Shown here piece by piece: positions 20,938 through 34,084 of a stretch of DNA of 64,000 bases. Positions within the stretch are counted from its first letter, which is position 1; each line of letters starts with the position of its first letter. Made by a program: the position numbers and the translations under genes. Source of the stretch: Octopus bimaculoides. Taxonomy: Eukaryota. Location: contig NC_068996.1 in the NCBI RefSeq assembly GCF_001194135.2, positions 53,353,239 through 53,417,238 of the forward strand, written 5' to 3'. Below the pieces are notes generated by a model. The model was not told the origin of the DNA and did no database searches. It saw only the letters and a program-made list of their open reading frames with translations.

Positions 20938-23900
20938 TACTATCACACTGACGACTCGGGATATTTCGTCTTAGTTCTCAGGAGTTTAGAAAATAACAGA
21001 CACACATATATATATACATATATATTTACATCTATGTTATATATACCATGCTGAAATTGCCACTTATAGCTCCGTCTGAGATGCGTTCATGGTAAATTTT
21101 GATTTTTAACTTTATAATTATTTAAAAATCTATATCAATTAACCTTTACTTAATTATAATCAGCTTTTCTTTCCCTATTTGATATCATGTTTACCAAGTA
21201 CCACATTGCCTATATTTTTATATTAATTAAGTTGTCGACGACATTTATTAATTTATGTTATATTTACATTTCTCAATACACTGCTATTCTTGATACTGTT
21301 TTTAATGTCTTAATTACATATATTGTATTAATTATTGAATACACCGGAAAAAAAAAAGAATCTAGCCTTAGAAACTAGAGCATTGGAGTAAATGCTTAAC
21401 CGTATAAAGCTCTAGCTTTATTCCTCTACGTCCTGAGATCAGTTCAGCCGGGATCGACTTCGTCTTTTATTCATTCGAGGTCTGTGAAGTAAGTAAGTAG
21501 CAGTCATGCACTGAGATAAGTTCAATCAAATAATATTTTCCCTACTACATATGTGTGGCTTGCATCATTATAGGTAATCATTGTTGCCAAGGTTATTTTC
21601 TTAATTTAGTTTTCAATCGTTTTTTTTTTTGTCGATATATTCATTAGGGTAATTAATTAGTCTTAACCTTTTTTTCTTTTATTTCTGAACTAAGATTTTG
21701 TGACAATTAGTCTTTTATAATTGAATTAACACAATTTCTTTCTCCTACGTATTCCAGTAAAGACGTTTGTCAGCTGTCGTATATGGTATTATTCATTGCT
21801 AACCACACTCAACGATGAAGATACCTTGTGACTGCAGAATCATAACCTCCCTCATTATTTTAGACATCTACTTCAATCCTCTGATCGCTCAAAATTTTGA
21901 ATTATCAGAGAAAAATCATATATAACTTGTTTGATTATCAGATTGGTTTTTTTTTTTGCGATTCCCTCGAGTCATCACTTGTGTTCTTTATGACAATTGC
22001 AGTCTTCGATTTTCCTCTTAACAAAATTTTTATATTAATTTACACCAAGATTCTTCTAAATCAAATACAAAAGCATTATCTTTTCGGTTTTGCCCTTGTA
22101 TTCTGCAATAAAGGCGATTTTTCAAGTATATTATGGAATATATGACATTAACACTAACATAAGAGAAAAAGAACCGGCCTGCTGGCAGTACTCGATGTTC
22201 GTATTTATTGCATTCTACAGTTGCTTGAAATGCAATAAATACGTGTTTANNNNNNNNNNNNNNNNNNNNNNNNNNNNNNNNNNNNNNNNNNNNNNNNNNN
22301 NNNNNNNNNNNNNNNNNNNNNNNNNNNNNNNNNNNNNNNNNNNNNNNNNNNNNNNNNNNNNNNNNNNNNNNNNNNNNNNNNNNNNNNNNNNNNNNNNNNN
22401 NNNNNNNNNNNNNNNNNNNNNNNNNNNNNNNNNNNNNNNNNNNNNNNNNNNNNNNNNNNNNNNNNNNNNNNNNNNNNNNNATATATATATATATATAAGG
22501 TGTATGTGTTATTAGAGTAGAAAATCATAAAAACACCATTCTGATCGATTTCTGTGGTAGTCTTCTAAAATGGTAAAAGCTAGCTGACCGAGGTACTTTA
22601 CAGAATACTTATTTTTGTAAAGAAAAATTGTTAATATTAGAAAAAGATGGTGTATAAACCGTTTTATGGTCCTCAGTATATGATAAAACTATTTGCGTAA
22701 GAGCAAAAAGACCATAATTAAGAGTTGAGTAGTGGTTTTTACTTGTTTATTTTTCTAAATTGATAGATACTTCTATAATTTCTAGACATAATTCTATAAT
22801 GGTACAATTCAGTTTCTAGATGGATAATTCTTTAATGATGCGATATATTTGTATGGCGATTAAGCCAGATCATGTTATTTTATCTATCATCGTTCGTCTG
22901 TTTCATCATACCCACACTATATTTCCTTCTAAATTGTTTTTTTTTTACATATTTTCTTCTTATTAACTGTATTAATGTTGTTTCAATAAAGTTTTCAGCT
23001 AATTATTTCTTTCAGCCCTTTTTAATCGGTTTCTAAAAAACCTCATTCTTATTATTCTAATAATATAAACGGTTTTTTGTTGTCTAATGAATGAATGAAT
23101 CTCCCTACTAAAAGCTAGTGAATATATTATCGCAAACATCCCATATGATGAATAATTTCCAGAAAGCCGCTTTATTCTAATGAAGGTCAGAGTAAATTCT
23201 GCCTAATGAAGTGATCTACTTTCCTTGACAAATCTCTTGCTACATGAAGCTTACAGCTGTTTCTTCTTGGTACATTTTAAAGTTAATGTATCCAGAAATT
23301 TTGTGATCCAATCTAAACAGTGGCTAATACTTGTTTTTCCTTCACCTCGTAATTATTTCTTGTTACTTTTTTCCCTGTTTGTTCCTTGAATTAAATATGT
23401 GAACACTTACGTTATTATCTTTTAGTTTTATGCCTTCGTGTACATTAAGTGCGTAAATATGGAATAAATTAGGGTGGCGGACTGTTTTGAATTTTTATTT
23501 GATAATCCCCGTGTTTTCCATTGAAAAATTATGTTCTTAAAAAGTCATGGAAGAACTCATCAGGATGAATTAAATCTGTAAAGGTATAATCATAATTTTC
23601 CCTAAGGCATCGGATCTTTTGTCTGGATTGTTGGAATCTCTGGTCCCTGAGTGCCGAAATTTTTACAAATATGATACAGTTATGAATAACTACAAAATAC
23701 ATTTTAAGAATGTTGACTAAGTATTAGACAAAAACAACTTACTACTTGTATTACATATCTTAGTAGGGAATAATAATATCAGAATTTAGAAATCCGTTAT
23801 TAAATCTTTGAGAAAAAGAAAATACTTAGATTCTTCGTAGTATATGTTCTATGCTGTCAAAGTTTTGAATCAGAATAGTGGTTCATTGACATTATGAATG

Positions 23901-24496
23901 AGTATTGAATAAAAAATAAAGACATTTTATTTTGTGTTTAATAGATTTTCTTGTTTTCTGCCTTTGGGACTTTTCCGTTTGAATACAAGTGTTTTTCTCT
24001 CTCGATCTCTCTCTTATATTCAAGAGACTTCTTGATGCAAAAAGCTATCGATATACAAAACAAATTGGAAATATACAGAATTTTGCCAAGAAATCTCATT
24101 TTCCTTGGCGTCATTCAACGTTGCACCTACTTTTATATTCGATTTTTGTCTCTGTACTTTCATGTACTCTGTCTGTTATATATAATATAATATATAAATT
24201 TGGGTGCCTCTGTATGTTTCCATTTCCCTTACGTGTCAGTATGTATAATGTTTTATCTCGTGTACATTGTTTCTGTGAGTTTTTTTTTTTTTATGCGCTT
24301 TTCCTTGTAGGTACATATGACAAGACGATGTATATGCGTGTCTTTGCCTCTGGCTATATGTGCCTGTTAGTGTAAATCTGTGCTTGAACTCGCCTTAGTC
24401 TCTATTTTTGCATGTAATTTGATGTTAATGTACCCATACCACTAGTTGTTTCTAATACATATTGGTGTATTTCATTGCCAAATTTTGTTGCAACAG

Positions 24497-24577
24497 CAAG
24501 CAGAAAAACTTGTACAGCAAAATTTGGTTGCGTTTATACTCAAGCACCTGTTTGGATGTGTCTATGAACACAAACAG
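24497..24577 (+). other. Candidate 81-nt exon (5'UTR exon of Rab9 or another + strand transcript)
   Basis: Acceptor ttttgttgcaaCAG at 24496 and consensus donor CAG|GTAAGT at 24578. Confidence 0.35.
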
Positions 24578-25449
24578 GTAAGTTTGCAGATACAAACATA
24601 CATTGTCCGGATGCAGTAAGATAAGGTACAAAACCATGCAGTTAAGTTCACACAACTCTCATGGGTAGACTTACAGATGTGTAATGTATTTATGCACGTT
24701 TTCCCCGTATATTTGTGTTTATCTGTGCACGTCTAGTTTGATTAATCTTAATTGTTTAATTGTACCGGTGGTTTTTATTTAATTTTTAAATTACTGTAAA
24801 AATGATTCATCAAGACCACTCAAGTGTGAATTTTCATGAGATTACACAGAAATTTCGGTACATATAATTGTGGCATTAGTTCTTTTTTTTTTTTTTTCTA
24901 TTTCGTCACTTCTAAAGGCTATATTTTGTCTATTGTTTAATCCGGCAGAATTTTGGTTAAAAGCGTTTCAGTCTTGTCGAACGTCTATTTTGAAATACTG
25001 TAGCCTTTCTTTTTCAAGACAGAAGAATGTAATTTAAGGAAATTTGGTTGCTATTTCTTAGTTTGCCGAACTACAACGAGAAGTTTTCTCTTTGCCTTGA
25101 TATATATATATATATACAATTTCTGTTGGTGCTTGATATCATGAAAGAATAAAACATTTTATGGACATTTCAATGATGTATCCATATGCAACCAGTTGAA
25201 AATTTATTTAGTCGCATAGTTATAGAAGTATTAAAAGGTTAAACCAAAATTTAAGAGAAACTAGATTATCTGCTTTTTTATTTTTCTTCCTGGTGAGAAT
25301 TTATCTATGTTTATCTGGACACCTGCATTTTTATTTATGGTCTTAACTAACGTTCATGTTACTGGCGACAAATTGCAAATCTTCTTTAGAAAGAGAAAGT
25401 GATTTATGAACATGCCCAGTTTTCCATTTGGTGAACGGTGGGTTTGCTG

Positions 25450-26000
25450 TAAGATTTAACACGATTCCCTCTCCACGCCATCATCGGCCATTCTCCATTA
25501 TATGTAGCCTTTTTCACATAACGCTCATCTGTTAACATTTGCTGCACAGTGCAGTTCAAAGCTCCTCTGCATACATCAGCTGATACCTTTTTTTGCCCAA
25601 CTGGATTCTTACCTGTTTTATATTATGCATCCAATGTATCTTACTTCTCTCATTTTTCTCCGTAACTTCTACAAATCTTGTGAATTTTATTCATGTCTTA
25701 TTACTATGCAGACTCCCATTTCATACGTATCCTTCATATACTCTGATTTTTGCATCGGGGAAAAAAGTCCCTTTTTTTTTCAAATGCTGCAACAGTTCCC
25801 TGCTCAAGCAACCACACTTGAATTGCAGCCTAAATCATTCACAAGGTGACAAACTATCGTCTCTGTTTAATCAGGACTTAAGACCACTTCATTGGCTTCT
25901 TTCCAAGTGCTTACTAATTACTCATGTACATCAAGTGCATCTGAAGTACTAATTGTTTATCAATAATAACGGCACATCCTTATAACCTTTTCTACATTGC
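25450..26000 (-). mobile_element. Highly decayed RTE RT/C-terminal remnant
   Basis: Minus frames show traces of CRKG..CT.C (PHD insert), RELL..L...G, LH.(SE)T, NERSKIHWMHNI and CMQ. Confidence 0.5.
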
Positions 26001-26891
26001 TTGTTTCAATTTTTTTTTTTGCATCCACTTTTTGCTTGTCTTGGGTTGGATGAGTCTTGTTGTCTCATCATATGATCGTTCATCATCTGGCATTCACAGT
26101 AACAGAAATGTAGCTGGATGTCTTTGCTGTCACTGACCACAAATATTTAGTACACCTACTTCCACTTCATATTGATACATGCCTTTTATTTATGGCTGTG
26201 TAGCCACATCATTTTGGATTAAACCTTACTGTACAAAACACCTTGTCTTTGATCATAACCTTTTATTAAGAAAGCTATGAGAATGAACTTTGATAGACAG
26301 AAACTAAATAGAAAGCTTTTAGTGAGACTCTCCACTCTACCACAAACTGGCCTTGGGCTGCCTTTACTGGAGTCCATTCTGTTGTTAATTTTTCGGGCCA
26401 GGTTTCCAGTCTCAGGCCCCTTCCTTTCTCCCTTCCTTGGATAATATTCCTCTTGGTTGTTTGTTTTTTTTAGGCATACTTTTTGATTTTCATTAAATAA
26501 TTTATTTACTATGTTTTTTTATTTAGTAGTTTTTAATTTTTTAGTATATGCTGAAATTATATCCACAATTTAAAAAATTGTATCAGTGAAAGTAGGTTCA
26601 TCTTAGTTTTGGTTTGTAGCTCAGAAATAATCAACTCTTGCACTAAGGGGAAAATAATTCTTGTGTACCAGACATGGCTAATAGGCACAGGCATGGCTAT
26701 GTGCTTCAGAAGTCCACTTTTCAACCATGTGGTTTCCACGGGTACCCAGTGACAGAGAGAAGAGAGGGAGAGATAGGTACAAAAAAGAGGACAGAGACAG
26801 GTGTGCTGATGTAAAGGAGATACTTGGTTACCTAATCAGAGGGAAAAACCAAGAGAATGATCAAGAATAAAGGCAGAATAGGGATGTTAAA

Positions 26892-27003
26892 GGCGGCGAG
26901 CTGGCAGAAACGTTAGCATGCCGGGTGAAATGCTTAGTGGTATTTCATCTGTCTACGTTCTAAGTTCAAATTCCGCCGAGGTCGACTTTGCCTTTCATCC
27001 TTT
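26892..27003 (+). mobile_element. Young tRNA-derived SINE family B (5' half)
   Basis: ggcggcgagctggcagaaacgttagc...aagttcaaattccgccgaggtcgactttgcctttcatcc; A/B box head. Confidence 0.8.
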
Positions 27004-28274
27004 CATCATCATCATCATCATCATCATCGTTTAANNNNNNNNNNNNNNNNNNNNNNNNNNNNNNNNNNNNNNNNNNNNNNNNNNNNNNNNNNNNNNNNNN
27101 NNNNNNNNNNNNNNNNNNNNNNNNNNNNNNNNNNNNNNNNNNNNNNNNNNNNNNNNNNNNNNNNNNNNNNNNNNNNNNNNNNNNNNNNNNNNNNNNNNNN
27201 NNNNNNNNNNNNNNNNNNNNNNNNNNNNNNNNNNNNNNNNNNNNNNNNNNNNNNNNNNNNNNNNNNNNNNNNNNNNNNNNNNNNNNNNNNNNNNNNNNNN
27301 NNNNNNNNNNNNNNNNNNNNNNNNNNNNNNNNNNNNNNNNNNNNNNNNNNNNNNNNNNNNNNNNNNNNNNNNNNNNNNNNNNNNNNNNNNNNNNNNNNNN
27401 NNNNNNNNNNNNNNNNNNNNNNNNNNNNNNNNNNNNNNNNNNNNNNNNNNNNNNNNNNNNNNNNNNNNNNNNNNNNNNNNNNNNNNNNNNNNNNNNNNNN
27501 NNNNNNNNNNNNNNNNNNNNNNNNNNNNNNNNNNNNNNNNNNNNNNNNNNNNNNNNNNNNNNNNNNNNNNNNNNNNNNNNNNNNNNNNNNNNNNNNNNNN
27601 NNNNNNNNNNNNNNNNNNNNNNNNNNNNNNNNNNNNNNNNNNNNNNNNNNNNNNNNNNNNNNNNNNNNNNNNNNNNNNNNNNNNNNNNNNNNNNNNNNNN
27701 NNNNNNNNNNNNNNNNNNNNNNNNNNNNNNNNNNNNNNNNNNNNNNNNNNNNNNNNNNNNNNNNNNNNNNNNNNNNNNNNNNNNNNNNNNNNNNNNNNNN
27801 NNNNNNNNNNNNNNNNNNNNNNNNNNNNNNNNNNNNNNNNNNNNNNNNNNNNNNNNNNNNNNNNNNNNNNNNNNNNNNNNNNNNNNNNNNNNNNNNNNNN
27901 NNNNNNNNNNNNNNNNNNNNNNNNNNNNNNNNNNNNNNNNNNNNNNNNNNNNNNNNNNNCCCAGATAGCGGAAGCTATCGACTACCTCTAGTTTTTCACC
28001 CTGGAATGAGATAGAAGTTGTTTCCTGTTTGTTTGCAGTCTTTATTGCACCTGAACATCTGCCACAAACAAAAACTAACTTGCTAGTTAACCTGCCTTTG
28101 ATGTTGCTGCACCTCTTATGTGTCCATAGCTTGCACCGGGTACATCTTATAGAGTTACTACCTACTCCTTTTCTACATTAAGTACCAGTTACGCACTGGG
28201 TTGATATAATCGACTTAATCTGTTTGTCTGTCCTTGTTTGTCCCCTCTGTGTGTAGCCCCTTGTGGGCAGTAAA

Positions 28275-28845
28275 GAAATAACATAAAGGTGTGCTGTAGA
28301 GGAGATACATGGCTACCCAGCCAGAAGGAAGAGCAAGGGAAGGGTAAGGGTGTGGAAAACAGCAGGAGAGAGAGATAGTGGTCAAGTGCCAGGGTATACT
28401 CACAAGTAACAATGACCAGAGCTTAGGTGCAATGGTAGAGTAAGGAAGAGAGAGTTACGGAGGTCATAGTATACGTGGTCAGGTATTGCCAAGAAAGCGC
28501 AAGTAGAGAGTGAGGATTGCAATGACTGGTCAAAAACCTGGGTAGAGGGCAGTGACGGTGAAGAAAGGGGATTGGAAGACAATCATAGTTTATAAAGAAA
28601 TGTGAGAAAGAGAAAGATGCTGTTTAGAAGAGATGTAGTTTGGTTCCTCGAGGTAGGGTGTGTGAAAAGTTTGTTGTTACATGTGGGTGGGGCAGTTTCA
28701 CTGACATGAGCAGGGCTTCTGTAGGACCTCATATTGCTAAACATACCAGTCCATTGCCATTTCCTCCATGAGCCTTGACATCCTAAGATCGGTCCTCCCC
28801 ACTTCATCCCATGTCTTTCTGGGTCTCCTTCTTCCATCATTTTCA
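28275..28845 (-). mobile_element. RTE LINE ORF C-terminus plus long 3'UTR
   Basis: Minus strand reads GRRRPRKTWDEVGRTDLRMSRLMEEM, followed by a UTR homologous to 61200-61760. Confidence 0.75.
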
Positions 28846-29394
28846 TCTGCTTGGATTGGACAGGTCATGAGGGCCTTTCTTATTGGCAGTCACTGTTCCC
28901 TACACTGGTGCTTTTGAGTTGGTCCCTTTTGCTGGATGCCCCTCCTCTTGCCAACCTCTTAAGTGTACTGAATTCTTTTTCTCGTGACACCAACACTAGA
29001 CAGGTTTCATACATGTATATATGCTGGTGACATGTAAAAGGCAAGCAGTACACTCTGGAACGGTTGGTGTTAGGAAGGGCATCCAACCATAGAAACAAAA
29101 CCAAAACAGACTGGAACCTACTTCAGCTCCCTGACCTACCCATGCTGTCTTACCAATGCTAGCATGGAAAATGGATGCTAAACAATGAGAGTCAAGATAT
29201 TCGTTACTCATCGCCACTTAAGTGAGACTGTGATTAAAATTCACGTAATGACTAATTGCTCTAAACTTTAAACGATCTCTGGTTTAACAATCTTTTCCTT
29301 CAAAAATAGGTAAGGATTAACAGGTAAGAAGAGCATCCAGCTTTAAGTAACTCTCTGTCTAATATGGAAAAAAACAATGAACAAATATTATTTT

Positions 29395-29822
29395 CTACTA
29401 TAGGCACAAGGCCTGAAATTTTGGGGGAGAAGTGGGGTGGGGGTGCAGTTGATTAGATCGACCACAGAACGCAACTGGTACTTAATTTATCGACCCCGAA
29501 AGGATGAAAGGCAAAGTCGACCTAGGCAGAATTTGAACCCAGAACATAGTGATGGAAAATGAACAAATATTTGCTTGTTACTGTTTGTTGATATTATATT
29601 TGCTTTCTAAGGCAGTGAGATGGCTGAATCATCAGAATGCCAGCCAAAATGTTTAGTGGTATTTTGTCCATCATTACATTTTGAGTTCAAATTCCTCTGA
29701 AGTTGACTTTGCCTTTCATCTTTCTGGGGTCAATAAAAGAAGTACCAGTTGGGCACTGGGGTCAATGTAATTGATTTACCCCATATCTGAAATTTGCTGG
29801 CCTTGTGCCTTTAGTAGAAAGG

Positions 29823-29857
<35 letters not shown>

Positions 29858-30190
29858 AGGTGACAAGTTGGCAGAATCTTTAGCACGTCAAGCGAAATGC
29901 TTAGCGGCATTTCATCTGCTAGAATGTTCTGAATTCAAATTCTGCCAAGGCTGACTTTGCCTTTCATCCTTTTGGAGTTGATAAATTAAGTACCAGTTGT
30001 GTACTGGGATCAATGAAATCAATTATTCCCCTCTCCCAAATTTCAGGCCTTGTGCCTTTAGTAGAAAGGATTATTATTATTAAGGCGGTGAAATAGCAGA
30101 ATTAGTAACATGCCGGACAGAATGCTTAGCGGCATTTCGTCCATTTTTATGTTCTGAGTTCAAATTTGCTGGCCTTGTGGCAAAATCTGA
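29395..30190. mobile_element. Cluster of four family-B SINEs: one on minus (about 29395-29540) and three head-to-tail on plus (about 29608-29823, 29857-30070, 30082-30190) separated by (TTA)n tails
   Basis: Repeated ggc(a/g)g(t)gag(c)tggcagaa...gagttcaaatt...gactttgcctttcatc...aagtaccagtt...ggccttgtgcc units. Confidence 0.8.
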
Positions 30191-32385
30191 AACTAATATT
30201 ATATTTGCTTCCTGTGCAGAAGCAAATAAAATATTATATTTATAAACTTGCTCTTATATGTTTCATAATAAAAGCGAAGCAATAACAACACAATTTCTAG
30301 TAATTATAAAGATTTAACTTGTAGAAACAGGCATATTTGTGTGGTAAGAAGCTTGCTTCCCAATCACATAGTTCTGAGTTCAGTCCCATTGCGTGGCACC
30401 TTGGACAAGTGTCTTCTACTATAGCCTCAGGTCTACCAAAGCCTTGTCAGTCGATTTCATAAACAGAAACTGAAAGAAGCCTGTCGTGTGTGTGTGTGTA
30501 TATATATATGTATGTATCTATGTGTGTGTGCTTGTGTCAGTCCCCCCTGTTGCAAACTATAAATCTTTTTAATCTTTGTACATACAGCATAAGCCATCTG
30601 TCTCCAAACAGATACAGGCAATTTAACATATACAGAAAGTGTGTAGTATATTCTTGACCAAGTGTAATTTTCATAATTTAGAACAAGAACAATCTATCCT
30701 ACCAGGCTTTTTGAATTATTTTTCTTTAGATTTTTCCTTATACAATTTACTTTTGCCCAAGAATGTACTAAACTCATTCTGTATGTGTTTAATTGTCCAT
30801 ACCTAGAAATGACCATGCTACATTGATGCGACCAAACTGAGTTTCAAACACATCCATAACTCTCTTTTTCTCTTCCCCACTCTTTCTACCCTCTATAACA
30901 GAGACTAGATATCCTTTTTTCCAAAACAGGAAAACATGTTAACTCAACCAGGAAATTCTCAATTTCTTGGTATTATCTCCTCTTGTCATTTGGCATATAA
31001 GATTATCATCACTAAGCTTTGGTTTCACTCCCCTTTCATACTGGTTATTTTAAATTTAGCATTTATCACATGTAGGATAGTACACACCCCATCAACTTTG
31101 TGATCTAATTTCATATTACTAGTAATTTTCGTATTTATACATATGTAAGTATATAAATGCAGTTTGGTTGAATATTTAAGAAATATGCACCTTTAACCCT
31201 TAGGAGACAGCAGAGCCAGTCTATTGGTCGAAAAGTCAAATGACAAAGAAGATTGTATTAGTTCATCAAGATCCTACAAGAATGTATATAGTTTTATATA
31301 TGTAAAGTAATTACTTTTTTTTTTTTTTTTGAAAAATAAGTGCATGCCCTCTGTAGGGCTTATGAAAAGGGCTCTGCTTTTTTGGCACTGAAACTCCAAG
31401 AGGCCTTGCCTCCAAAGGGTTACATCTTATATATAGATGCAGACATGGCTTTGTGGTTCACCTCTCAGTCATGTTCAGTCCCACTGTGCAGAACCTTCTA
31501 CTGTAGCTCCTGGCTATCAAGGGCCTTGTGAGTGAATTTGATACATGGAAACTGTGTGAAGCCCATCGTGGATGTGTGTATCTGAATATTTGCATACTGC
31601 GTTATGCAGAAAAAATGGTGAAATTTGTCAATATTCCCTGTTGACAAATCTGCTAGCTCTGCACTTTCAAAGAGATATGGAACCAAAAAATCCTTTGCTT
31701 GAAAACATGTAAGAATTAGTAACAAGATAGGTATATGCTTGTAAAACAATGTCTCAATAATATGTATTGATCTAACCCATGCTAGCATAAAAAAACAAAA
31801 AGTAAATGTAAAATGAACTGATGTATACACCCATAAATGCACATTATAACCAGAATTTCTTCCTGCCACCAATCCTCACCTGTTTCTAAGCAAGTTGATA
31901 TTTCTCCTAGTTTTTCATGCAATAAACAGCTCAGTGACCAGACATGTTGCCAAAGAATATTGCAAACAAATGAGACCATTTTTATGAATGCAAATGTCTT
32001 GATTCACTTGCAAAGCATTGGTCAGCCTGGAGCTGTAGTAGAAGACACTTGTGGAATTGAACATGAAATGTTGTAGTTACAAAATGAACTTGTGAACCAC
32101 ATAGCCATACCTGCACCTAAATGCATGTATGTGTGAGTTCCATTCACTTTGAATGCACAACACTACCTTGTACAGCTATCCCCCTCCTCCTTAAACACCA
32201 CATGCCCATATCGATACAGTCTTCTATCTTTGACTCTGCATCTAATTCCTCTTTAGTTTTTCTCTCAGTTCTGTCTTGCACGTGAGTATTACACACCCAG
32301 TGAAGTATGTTGTCATTCATTTCCATGCCAAAGAAAAGAATGGTGTGTGTATGTGTATATATGTGTGTGTGTGTGTGTGTGTATA

Positions 32386-32424
<39 letters not shown>

Positions 32425-32508
32425 GGTACTGAAATACCAGCTTGCTAGAAATAGGAGTCAACACTTTATTATTATTGTTATTTTTAATAATGGTAATAAT
32501 ACTTTATT

Positions 32509-32549
<41 letters not shown>

Positions 32550-33264
32550 CAGAAGCAACAAAGTGACTCAAAGGCCAAGAGTTCCATGCATTATCCTTTC
32601 AGTCACTCTGTTGTTTCCATTAAATATTAACAGAAAATGGCACCCGTGCCAGTGACTTGTAAAAGCACCCATTAAACTCTCGGAGTGGTTAGCATTAGGA
32701 AGGACATCCAGCCATAGAAAACCATGCCAAATCAGTCTGGAGTCTGGTGCAGCCTCCCAGCATGGACAACAGTTGTTAAATGATGATGATGATACACACC
32801 CACACACACGGTTCAGTAAGTCCTTCTGTTTTTTAACCATTATTGGCTTTTTTAAAGAAGTTTTTCTTTAGGATAGTATAATGTGATTTCAAGGAAATAT
32901 AACTGCTATTCCTAACAAATGATGTAGGAGTAAGGCGGTGCTCTAGCATGGCCGCAGTCAAATGACTGAGACAAGTAAAAGAGAGAGAGTCACAGAGTCT
33001 CTCATAGGCTGTTTCATAAATTTAGAGAATTATGACATACATATAAAGAAATTTCCAGTATGTAAAAAGATCATGGTTTACTTAAAATACTGAAAAATAA
33101 ATGAAATTTTGTTTACTGTAGAGATTGTACTGTAACCTGCTGTTATCACATCTCCTAACTAAATACCTATAAGTTAACTTAATGCTTTTTCTCTTCTCTG
33201 CATGAGTTTTTAAAATGTAAGTTCTTTATTGCCTTATTGCAGACAATAATTCTTTATTTGTGAG

Positions 33265-33475
33265 GTGGTGAGCTGGCAGAAACGTTAGCACATTGGGTGA
33301 AATGCTTAGCGGTATTTCATCTGTCTTATGTTCTGAGTTCAAATTTTGCTGAGGTTGACTTTGCCTGTCATCCTTTTGGGGTCGATAAATTAAGTACCAG
33401 TTGCGTACTGGGGTTGATCTAATTGACTGGCCCTCTCCAAAGTGTTGGGCCTTGTGCCTTGAGAAGAAAAGAATA
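33265..33475 (+). mobile_element. SINE family B
   Basis: ggtggtgagctggcagaaacgttagc...ggggtcgataaattaagtaccagttgcgtactgggg. Confidence 0.8.
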
Positions 33476-34084
33476 TTTCTTCATTTGTCTTGAGAATGTG
33501 TGTGTGTGTGTAACAAGGGGAAGAAGAGCCATAGTTGACAAAATGAGCACAAGTTGAAATCAGTTAATCATATTCATTGTTACTTTAGATTGAAATATGA
33601 GAAGTGTTGGTCTGGTAGAGCTAGAAAAAAAGAATAGAAAAACAGAATTTATTTCACAATATCATATGGTTGACTTTAGGAAGGGCATCCAGCCATAGAA
33701 AACCAGATTGCCAAATTAGACTGGGGTCTGGTGCAACCTTTCAGCATGCTAGCCTGGTCAAACTGTCCAATCCATGCCAGCATGGACAATGGACATTAAA
33801 TGAGGATATAGGTGTGTCTTTTTTTTTTTGATAAAGGATTTTTCTGTGGTGATGAATGTCAATAACCTGGAGTTGTTTGCTAATGTAGCATTCATGTTTT
33901 ACTGACAAGTTGTCAAAATAGAATCAGTCAAAATATTTCACATAACAATTGCCCCCTGGTGGTGGTGGTGGCAGTGGCAGCAGCGGCAGAACAATCTCTC
34001 AAACAGGTGGGAACACATGCACAACAACTTGGATGGAATTTTCAGAATATGAGATTAGACACAGTAAGACAGGAGGGTGAAACC

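Larger units (their letters stand above)
19500..25100. promoter_or_regulatory. CpG-undepleted, TE-poor zone; probable promoter / first-exon region
   Basis: CG dinucleotides are frequent here but scarce in flanking unique DNA such as 48-56 kb (by eye). Resident repeats are old and diverged. Candidate + strand donors at 20220 (ac|GTAAGT) and 21092 (tg|GTAAAT). Confidence 0.55.
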
